A stretch of 58,453 nt of DNA from a virus (Duplodnaviria > Caudoviricetes), in the IMG/VR virus record IMGVR_UViG_3300025141_000103, positions 1 to 58,453 of that record. The stretch is one strand, 5' to 3'. Positions within the stretch are counted from its first letter, which is position 1, and each line of letters opens with the position of its first letter. The translations under genes and the position numbers were made by a program. Shown piece after piece: positions 28,023 to 35,338 of the stretch. The notes under the pieces are model-generated. The model did not search any database and was not told the DNA's origin. It saw nothing but the letters and a program-made list of their open reading frames with translations.

Positions 28023-28886
28023 TTATTTAACTCCTGCATCACAATATTCAGTTTGATTAAACTCACAAAAACGACAGTTCTTCTTTGAAGCTTCTTTCCT
28101 ATAAATATGTTCTTGGTTATACTTTCCATCAACAAAACATTCATCGATAAAAGATTTGATATTGTTAGTAACTTTATTGATACTTGGTGTACCATTTGCA
28201 GGTGTGAATGTCTGAACTCTTCTTTGTGGCCAGTCTACTTTGTCATATAACTTACGTTTTACAATAAAATATTCTACATCTATCTTATCTAATGGTATGT
28301 CATGTTGAGCACCATAGAATTGTTTGTATAATAATAATTGATCTGTCTTAGTCTTGTCAGCTTTAGCCCACTTATTCCAACCCATCGTAGAAGTCTTAAT
28401 ATCTATGATTTTATACTTTTCTCTTACAGTATCATAGATTAGAACATCAATATAACCGACAAACTTAATCTTATTTGGTAAGTCATAATCAATAGGAACT
28501 TCTATACCAACTAACTCATAACCTTTTTTACTGAAATACATTCCACGTTTCTTAATAAACCACTCTATTATAGCTAACCCATGTTCATAGAACTCTTGCA
28601 TCTCCTCTTGAGATGATACTTCTTCACCATGTAAATCTTCTACTATCTCTTTGTAGTAGGTTTTCATCCTATGTAATAACATACTTGCTAATGGTAGAGC
28701 ATCAGCTTTCTTGATATTATCATTATACATTACAGTTAGATATGTCTGTAATACATCGTGCATAGCTGAACCAAACAAGGTATGTATATTACCCTTGAAT
28801 GTTCTTAACCCATCAATATAGTTTAACTTCCACTTGTGAGGACATACAGCCCATTGTGAATATTGACTATAACTAATCTTTTTCAT
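28023..28886 (-). CDS. PD-(D/E)XK nuclease, Cas4/RecB-like
   Basis: SYSQY...CP, FGSAMH, GYID, IIDIKTS, QLLLY, C-terminal Cx2Cx7C; start 28886 via TGATG overlap. Confidence 0.88.
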   Translation of the reverse strand: MKKISYSQYSQWAVCPHKWKLNYIDGLRTFKGNIHTLFGSAMHDVLQTYLTVMYNDNIKKADALPLASMLLHRMKTYYKEIVEDLHGEEVSSQEEMQEFYEHGLAIIEWFIKKRGMYFSKKGYELVGIEVPIDYDLPNKIKFVGYIDVLIYDTVREKYKIIDIKTSTMGWNKWAKADKTKTDQLLLYKQFYGAQHDIPLDKIDVEYFIVKRKLYDKVDWPQRRVQTFTPANGTPSINKVTNNIKSFIDECFVDGKYNQEHIYRKEASKKNCRFCEFNQTEYCDAGVK

Positions 28887-29017
28887 CAATCCATCCACTT
28901 TCCATGTTTAAATAAATGCCAGGTTCTATGTTTGAAAATTTCCCATAATAAACCTATGAAAGTATCTGATTCATACTTTCCAACATCACAATAATATACG
29001 AACATTTTGCTATTCAT
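28886..29017 (-). CDS. Small hypothetical protein (43 aa)
   Basis: MNSKMFVYYCDVGKYESDTFIGLLWEIFKHRTWHLFKHGKWMD exactly fills the gap; its TGA overlaps the nuclease ATG. Confidence 0.6.
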   Translation of the reverse strand: MNSKMFVYYCDVGKYESDTFIGLLWEIFKHRTWHLFKHGKWMD

Positions 29018-29022
29018 GTCAA
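28993..29022 (-). promoter_or_regulatory. Class-1 promoter (TTGACA-N18-TATATT)
   Basis: TTGACA tgaatagcaaaatgttcg TATATT. Confidence 0.6.
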
Positions 29023-29651
29023 GCCTTTTTTAATCTTTTTATCTTCTTTTTAATACCTTTGTTAAGGTAGTAAACGTATCTGTTTTTACTCTTTCTCTTC
29101 TTAAAGAATACATCAGGGTCTTTTGCTTCCCATCTTGCACGTATTCTTCTACTATATGGTTTGATTGGTTGACTTAAAGACCTACTATGATACTCTCTAC
29201 CATCAACCATCAGAACTCTACCTGCGCCAGTCTCACCTACGAACTCAAAGTTACTAGCTCTGTAAATTACACCTGTGTGTCCGTATTGTTTATCTGCAAA
29301 TGAGATTATAACTTCGTAATCTGTATTCTGTCTTAACCATTTTATAGTTTGAGCTATAAAGAAACTCTCTGCATTCTTTGGTGTATCGTCAATACAAACT
29401 AATCTTCTCAACTCCACACATCTATCAGGATTGATAGGATTGTATGCTTTAGCAGTATTTGGCATGGATGGTATGGCATACATCATAGCACCTACCATTT
29501 TTGGAATACCAAAGTTACCTGGAGCAAATAATGCGAAACACTCCAAACCTTGTATTCCATTGGTGTTATGACTATAGTGGTGTTTATGAATAAACTCCTG
29601 TATAGCCATACGAGGAACTACCTCAACTGTGTAATCCTTGAAATCAGGCAA
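29019..29651 (-). CDS. mom: Mom-like (GNAT-fold) DNA adenine-modification protein
   Basis: HHYSH, VGAMMY, ELRRLV, KNAESFFI, ISFAD, GHTGVIYRASNF, KNRYVY. Confidence 0.8.
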   Translation of the reverse strand: MPDFKDYTVEVVPRMAIQEFIHKHHYSHNTNGIQGLECFALFAPGNFGIPKMVGAMMYAIPSMPNTAKAYNPINPDRCVELRRLVCIDDTPKNAESFFIAQTIKWLRQNTDYEVIISFADKQYGHTGVIYRASNFEFVGETGAGRVLMVDGREYHSRSLSQPIKPYSRRIRARWEAKDPDVFFKKRKSKNRYVYYLNKGIKKKIKRLKKA

Positions 29652-30147
29652 TTGTTCTTATGTCTGTGCCACTTGATTCAAAGTATAAACCAACTGATTT
29701 AAGTTGTTTATCTTCTACACCAAACTTTTTTAACATAGCTGATAGTTCCATTTGACCTGCTTCGGTTAACATATACATTTCGATAGCATCAACTGCTTCT
29801 CTAACACTAACCTCTAAGTCATTACGAACTACATTTACCATCCATTGTGGATAATCCATATTCTTTTTCTTCTTTCCCTTGATATACTTCAAGTAGTAAT
29901 TTCCTTTTGGAATGATATCCATATACGTTTTGTATATTAGTTCAGGCTTTAAATTGTATTTCTGAACCTCATTTACTATGGGTAGGAAATCTGATCTCAT
30001 TGAAAGGAATCGGTTTACAAGAAATGTAGACCAACCCTTTTTGTCTTCATCAGAAAGGGATTCCCAAAATCCTTTTTTCTGAAATTTGGTGATTTGTTTT
30101 AGATAATCAAATACACCTTTACGTTTAACTGTCTGTTTCTTCGCCAA
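29644..30147 (-). CDS. Clamp-loader small subunit (T4 gp62-like)
   Basis: FDYLKQI...FLVNRFLSM...NEVQKY...LKYIKGKK pattern; near the large subunit; probable TTG start 30147 (track 30210). Confidence 0.65.
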   Translation of the reverse strand: MAKKQTVKRKGVFDYLKQITKFQKKGFWESLSDEDKKGWSTFLVNRFLSMRSDFLPIVNEVQKYNLKPELIYKTYMDIIPKGNYYLKYIKGKKKKNMDYPQWMVNVVRNDLEVSVREAVDAIEMYMLTEAGQMELSAMLKKFGVEDKQLKSVGLYFESSGTDIRTIA

Positions 30148-30403
30148 GTTCTTTACCTGTAATATCAGTTCCTTCAAGTAGTTTTGATGGAACGTGTCCA
30201 CAATTACCACAACTATAGACCTGAATAGGAACTACTCCCTCTTCTCCTGTGGGTGATACCAATGCCGATATTCTCTTCAATACAAAGGATTGTATAAATA
30301 GATAGTTCGTACACTTTTCACATTTCATAGTTTCAGCTTGTTTCAAATCTACCTTGACTTGAGCTTGTGGTTTCTTGATAGGTCCTTTTGGATGCATACT
30401 CAT
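30125..30403 (-). CDS. Zinc-ribbon protein
   Basis: CEKC...CGNCG; lies between the clamp-loader subunits. Confidence 0.6.
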   Translation of the reverse strand: MSMHPKGPIKKPQAQVKVDLKQAETMKCEKCTNYLFIQSFVLKRISALVSPTGEEGVVPIQVYSCGNCGHVPSKLLEGTDITGKELGEETDS

Positions 30404-31317
30404 TTGATTACTCCTAATAATTCAATTAACATAGCCATAAAGTTTATTTCTTTATCGACAACTTGCATATCGGACTGTTCATATCTGGCTAATATCAATA
30501 TAACAGCTGCCATATTACCTGCTGCAAACTCATCCACATTATCATACAATAATCTGAAACAATCTGAATAATCTCTGATAGCATTATCAGCAAGTAGTTG
30601 TCGTAAATTTGCGAAAGCAGTCTTCTTATCTTGTGTTTTAAGAATATCCAATACTTTCAATTTATAATCATTCTGAATGGTGCTTTGTCTATCCATAACA
30701 ACCTTATTATCAACAACACTTCTTTGTGTAGCATTGATAATCTTTCTAACGTCAGGATAACTACTATCAATCAGAACTTTTAAGTCTTCATTATCATAGG
30801 TTGTATTTTCTAATTCCATCACCTTAGTAAGATGAACAGCCACATCTTTCTTACTTGGTGGTATAATCTCAAATACTTGACAACGACTCTGTAGTGGATC
30901 GATTATTCTTTCTACAAAGTTACAAGTCAAGATAAACCTACAATGTTTACTAAAGGTTTCCATAAGGTTACGGAGAGCTGCTTGTGCGTTAGGTGTAATA
31001 TAATCACACTCATCTAAGACAATCACTTTCATATCCTTGAAACCAATCGTAGATGCGAATTGTCTCACCTTATTACGAACTGTATCTACACTATTCTCAT
31101 CAGATGCGTTAATGTATAGATAATCACACTCAATATTCTTAACAATCAGTTTAGCAAGTGTTGTTTTACCTGTTCCAGCTCTTCCATATAAAAGTAGATG
31201 TGGAACATCATTTGATTTGATGTATCTCTCTACCTTTGCTTTTAAATGTTCGTTACCAACATAGTTTTCTAACTGAGTTGGTCTATATCTTTCTACCCAT
31301 AATGAATGTTCAGCCAT
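30400..31317 (-). CDS. Clamp-loader AAA+ subunit (RFC/T4 gp44-like)
   Basis: WVERYRP, GRAGTGKTT, NASDE, LDECD, QAALRN, SRC. Confidence 0.93.
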   Translation of the reverse strand: MAEHSLWVERYRPTQLENYVGNEHLKAKVERYIKSNDVPHLLLYGRAGTGKTTLAKLIVKNIECDYLYINASDENSVDTVRNKVRQFASTIGFKDMKVIVLDECDYITPNAQAALRNLMETFSKHCRFILTCNFVERIIDPLQSRCQVFEIIPPSKKDVAVHLTKVMELENTTYDNEDLKVLIDSSYPDVRKIINATQRSVVDNKVVMDRQSTIQNDYKLKVLDILKTQDKKTAFANLRQLLADNAIRDYSDCFRLLYDNVDEFAAGNMAAVILILARYEQSDMQVVDKEINFMAMLIELLGVIK

Positions 31318-31873
31318 TTATTATTTCCTTTATCTGGTTTAATTCTTTAATTCTATAACTTGGGTTTGATTCTTGATTGTATATTTGATTCATCATTATA
31401 TAACCCTCTTTCATTCCACGACCTCTAACCCAATTATCAAAGTTTTCTGGTGAATCATCTACTAAATAATCCACAGGTATCTTCCATTTAAATCTACCTC
31501 TTGTAAAGTATACTGTATCAAAATTCAATCCATACTTACCTAACCAAGATAAAGTATAATGTCTAACGTGTGGTATCTGAGAAGTAACACAAACAAGACT
31601 ATGATTATTATTATCCGCCCATTCAAATAAATCATACATTTGTTCTATAGCACCATCTATAGGAATACTATCTCCCATAATCTCTTTCGCGTATTCATCA
31701 CGATAAATTCTTTTTATATCTTCTCTGGTACAATTAAAATCATTTTGGAAACTCCAATCTGATATTTCCACAAAATCATCTTTAAGATAGTGAGGATAAT
31801 TTTCACGAACCACTTTAGTAAGTCCTTGACAAAAATCTCTTAACACTCCGTCTACATCTATTCCTATTACCAT
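31310..31873 (-). CDS. 5'(3')-deoxyribonucleotidase (HAD, NT5C-like)
   Basis: GIDVDGVLRDF, CVTSQ, LVDDSPEN. Confidence 0.85.
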   Translation of the reverse strand: MVIGIDVDGVLRDFCQGLTKVVRENYPHYLKDDFVEISDWSFQNDFNCTREDIKRIYRDEYAKEIMGDSIPIDGAIEQMYDLFEWADNNNHSLVCVTSQIPHVRHYTLSWLGKYGLNFDTVYFTRGRFKWKIPVDYLVDDSPENFDNWVRGRGMKEGYIMMNQIYNQESNPSYRIKELNQIKEIING

Positions 31874-31905
31874 AAAGCTTATATTTCTCCAATTTAGTAT
31901 ACTGG

Positions 31906-31935
31906 AATATACGAATAAAAACCAGTATAAGTCAA
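31906..31935 (-). promoter_or_regulatory. Class-1 promoter (TTGACT-N18-TATATT)
   Basis: TTGACT tatactggtttttattcg TATATT in an intergenic gap. Confidence 0.7.
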
Positions 31936-31943
31936 GTCTTTTT

Positions 31944-32786
31944 TCAGCTATCTCTTCCCATTATTTTTTTAAGGTCGTCACCACGATAGAAATCAGTTTG
32001 TGATTCTTTTGAGTTTTCATAATTATCCAATATTTTTCCTCTAGCACATTCATATATCCAATCGGAACGTAAGTATTTTTTTGATAAAAACCCTATTTGA
32101 TTATAGTCAAATAGCCTATTATACTTGTAGTTATTTAAATTAGGAAATTCATTTCCCCAACTGCTCAATCCTTTACCACCTCTGTAACCATACTCACCTT
32201 TTTCTTCATTTACTAACTCTGCTGAAACATATGCATCATATCTTGGTTCAAACCCACCTATCTCCTTAACAGTTTTGTATTGCATAGCTAAGAAACTTGG
32301 TCTAACACTTATAAGGTTTTTGATTGGTTTATCAAAAATATGTCTATTCTCTTCTTTGACATAATCAACTGCTCTCATACCATCAAACTCTTCCTTAATA
32401 CCAACATCAATGACCTTATTATAGTCATAGTTTTGAACAAGATAGTTAGCACCATTACCCATAATCTTGTATCCATCTAAAGTAAGAATATCAATAACTA
32501 ATTTAATAAATTCAAAATCCTTTATGACTAAATCATCGTGCATAAAGAAACACACATCTTCATCATCTATATCAAGATAGTTTATAGCTTGTTCGTATGC
32601 ACCATACTCTTCTCCACCATTAGGAAATACCTTATAATCAAAGTTTTCTTTTATAAAATCTGTAGGTTCTTTGTGACAAGACCAAAAAACGTGAATATCA
32701 TCTGGATTGTATTCTTGTAATGTATTAAAACCATTTAATACTGTTTCTTGATTCATGTGCCAACCACATATTATAAATCTAACCAT
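31944..32786 (-). CDS. Putative GT-A-fold glycosyltransferase
   Basis: NGGEEYGAY, FFMHDDL, IGGFE motifs. Confidence 0.5.
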   Translation of the reverse strand: MVRFIICGWHMNQETVLNGFNTLQEYNPDDIHVFWSCHKEPTDFIKENFDYKVFPNGGEEYGAYEQAINYLDIDDEDVCFFMHDDLVIKDFEFIKLVIDILTLDGYKIMGNGANYLVQNYDYNKVIDVGIKEEFDGMRAVDYVKEENRHIFDKPIKNLISVRPSFLAMQYKTVKEIGGFEPRYDAYVSAELVNEEKGEYGYRGGKGLSSWGNEFPNLNNYKYNRLFDYNQIGFLSKKYLRSDWIYECARGKILDNYENSKESQTDFYRGDDLKKIMGRDS

Positions 32787-32787
32787 A

Positions 32788-33123
32788 TTATTTATTCACA
32801 AGTTGTATTAAAATTATAGTTGTTGCAAGAACTAAACAAAGACCTGTTTTCCAATTAGGTATCTCACCTAATATACCCCAAGTCATTACTGCAAATATCA
32901 AGTTACCAAGACCAAATCCTATTAATCTGATATTCCATACATAACCAAAGTGTTCATATGAAAGTCGTGTTGAATAGTAAAACAGATAACTTATAGGTAA
33001 TCCTGCTAATATTATCCACCATTGAGATTTCATAAAATCCCACTTAAATTGTCCATTCATATGGAAAAATGCTATTATGTGTCCCATTATACTAAGACAG
33101 ATAGCTCCTAATAACTTACTCAT
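32788..33123 (-). CDS. Small 4-TM membrane protein (SMR/DMT-like)
   Basis: 111 aa, four hydrophobic segments, GE motif before the last helix. Confidence 0.55.
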   Translation of the reverse strand: MSKLLGAICLSIMGHIIAFFHMNGQFKWDFMKSQWWIILAGLPISYLFYYSTRLSYEHFGYVWNIRLIGFGLGNLIFAVMTWGILGEIPNWKTGLCLVLATTIILIQLVNK

Positions 33124-33881
33124 AGTTTACTTTCTACTTCAATCTCCTCTACAGGTGGAACATATTGTTCAGGGTCTGTAGGATATGGTTTTGATTCATA
33201 CTTTAAATTTTTCATATACTTCTTATTTTCTTTTTTATTTCCTATAAAATAAATGTAACGATGCTTTTCTGGTTCTTTTCTTCTCCAAAACGTATGTCCT
33301 ATACCTGCTTTCAGCTTCTCCACATTATGACTTCCCCAAGTAGCTGATACAGTTCTACTATGTATCCACTCATAAGGTTTAACTAAAGATACTGAATGGT
33401 TTGGCATTAGATTCAATCCTGCTCCTTGATACATCCAATTGGTAGCTTTGTAAATACCACCTAAATGTAATCTGTCTGGGTCTGCATAACTGATTAATAC
33501 CTTAACATCCTTATCGTATTTTTTCAACCACTTGAATGATTGTGAGATAGAGTAAGATTCAATATTCTTACCATACCCATCATGGATGAATAATCTTGTT
33601 AACTCCAGAATATTCTTTGTTTGCAAGATTTCTTCATCCTTGAAAATAGACTTCATAACCGATCTTCCTACAGGGTAGCCATAAGTCATACAACCAATAA
33701 GTTTTTCTTGATTCATATCCTTAAAAAAAGGATGTGCTTCTTCTGACTTATAGAATATACCTATGGCGTACCTACAAGAAGAAAATTTATGCGAATAGTG
33801 ATTGTCTACAATCATCCTCTTCGCAGTTTTCTTATCTATTTCCTGTAGATAAACTTTTGATTTATCTACATATTCTTCCAT
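33120..33881 (-). CDS. mom: Mom-like (GNAT-fold) DNA adenine-modification protein
   Basis: NHYSH, IGCMTYG, LELTRLF, KNIESYSI, ISYADP, HLGGIYKATNW, KHRYIY. Confidence 0.8.
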   Translation of the reverse strand: MEEYVDKSKVYLQEIDKKTAKRMIVDNHYSHKFSSCRYAIGIFYKSEEAHPFFKDMNQEKLIGCMTYGYPVGRSVMKSIFKDEEILQTKNILELTRLFIHDGYGKNIESYSISQSFKWLKKYDKDVKVLISYADPDRLHLGGIYKATNWMYQGAGLNLMPNHSVSLVKPYEWIHSRTVSATWGSHNVEKLKAGIGHTFWRRKEPEKHRYIYFIGNKKENKKYMKNLKYESKPYPTDPEQYVPPVEEIEVESKL

Positions 33882-34612
33882 TAGTCTACAGTAGTTTTAG
33901 CTACTAATACGTAACTTGAATCGAAATTATCTACCTTGAAACTAACCTTAGCCAACCCTTGACTTGAAACATAAAGAGTTGCTGATTCACAATCTTTATT
34001 TGCAGTTAGAACTTCTTTGAAAGTATCTGCATCAAAAAAGATAGCATCGTCAAGAGAAGATATTTTCTTAGCTTCTACAGGAATAGTTACCTTGTTTGAT
34101 TGTGTGCTTGAACTATAACCAATAACAACCTTTGCTTCTACACCGTCTGATAAGACTGCGAAAGTAGAAACATCACTCAAAGCACCTTTACCTGATATGA
34201 AAGAACTGATAAAATGTTTATCTATCTTTAGTTCTAATTCAAAATCAGGAACATTTGTCAAATCTGGTTTTTTAGAAACCACATCAAGACGGGCTAAGCC
34301 ATAGTTAACTTTGGTGTTGTTACTCTTTTGTTTGATTACCAATTGTGATACGACATCACCAACTTCATTAGCTTCAACAACCAACTCACCATCTACTACA
34401 TTCAATAACTTGATTAAGTCTTGTATCTCATACAATCCCATCTCATAATCACCGAAACCATTCTTAGCCAGAACGATATCACCAACACAACTTTTTGCTG
34501 AATTGATGAATGAACAACTAAGTGTATCTTTTGTTGAAACGACAGGTGCAGATTGTGTCTGACCACCTAAATAGAATCTGTTGACAAATCCCATCAGCGT
34601 TTGTTTATCCAT
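33881..34612 (-). CDS. Sliding clamp (T4 gp45-like)
   Basis: 243 aa, beta-rich; C-terminal SSQGLAKVSF...YVLV; lies between polymerase and clamp loader. Confidence 0.7.
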   Translation of the reverse strand: MDKQTLMGFVNRFYLGGQTQSAPVVSTKDTLSCSFINSAKSCVGDIVLAKNGFGDYEMGLYEIQDLIKLLNVVDGELVVEANEVGDVVSQLVIKQKSNNTKVNYGLARLDVVSKKPDLTNVPDFELELKIDKHFISSFISGKGALSDVSTFAVLSDGVEAKVVIGYSSSTQSNKVTIPVEAKKISSLDDAIFFDADTFKEVLTANKDCESATLYVSSQGLAKVSFKVDNFDSSYVLVAKTTVD

Positions 34613-34638
34613 TTTGTAACTCCTTTATATACATATAT

Positions 34639-34663
34639 ATAAGTATCATGTTATTTCTCCAAA
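34639..34663 (-). promoter_or_regulatory. Class-2 motif TTTGG-N12-ATACTTAT
   Basis: Upstream of the clamp gene; same spacing as the copies at 44622 and 50716. Confidence 0.55.
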
Positions 34664-35338
34664 TTAAAGTAATTTTCCATTAAATACATCATTAAGATGT
34701 TCTGCATATTTCTCATAACCTTCAGAATAAGGATGGCTAGTATCATTAAGTTCTAAACCATTTTCTGTACACCATTCCATACAACCTTTAAATCCATCGT
34801 GGAAATAAAAATTATCCCAATCTATACATTTTTCTAAATAACTAACTTTTTCATACTTTTGATAAAATTCAGATAGTATATCTCTGTGGGTTAAGAACAA
34901 ATATTTTATGTTTTTTTGTTTTAAAAAATTTTGAACATTCAACATATTAAGTATTGTATGATAATATGCATTTTGATTACTGTACATATATTTTAGATAA
35001 TTTTCTCTAAATCCCTCACGACCAGTTTTTGACATTCCACTATGAAGCCATTCATCATTTTCAATCATATCATATCTATGCAATCCCGACCACATTACCA
35101 TAACAACAAAATCTTCATCATTATATTCATCAACTAATTCATAAACTTGATTAGCCATATAAAATGAACCAACACCATTTGCACCCTTATTCACAACTAT
35201 CCTATCAGTTAGTTTACCTAAGTAATGAGGCCAATTACCATATTGATGATTCACATCAACTCCATATATGATTCGAGAATCTTCACAATCATGACCTATG
35301 GTGTAACTACAACCAACCGCTAAAATATACTTATGCAT
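34664..35338 (-). CDS. SGNH/GDSL-like paralogue
   Basis: AVGCSYTIG, GANGVGS, VMWSGLHR, DTSHP. Confidence 0.7.
   Translation of the reverse strand: MHKYILAVGCSYTIGHDCEDSRIIYGVDVNHQYGNWPHYLGKLTDRIVVNKGANGVGSFYMANQVYELVDEYNDEDFVVMVMWSGLHRYDMIENDEWLHSGMSKTGREGFRENYLKYMYSNQNAYYHTILNMLNVQNFLKQKNIKYLFLTHRDILSEFYQKYEKVSYLEKCIDWDNFYFHDGFKGCMEWCTENGLELNDTSHPYSEGYEKYAEHLNDVFNGKLL

Noticed and set aside
23743-28195. Nested minus-strand ORFs 23743-23937, 25676-25921 and 28004-28195
   Set aside because: Out-of-frame shadows largely within larger genes, with no motifs.
28023-28886. Cas4-like gene as a sign of CRISPR-Cas
   Set aside because: No repeat-spacer array or other cas genes; solo Cas4-like nucleases are common in phages.
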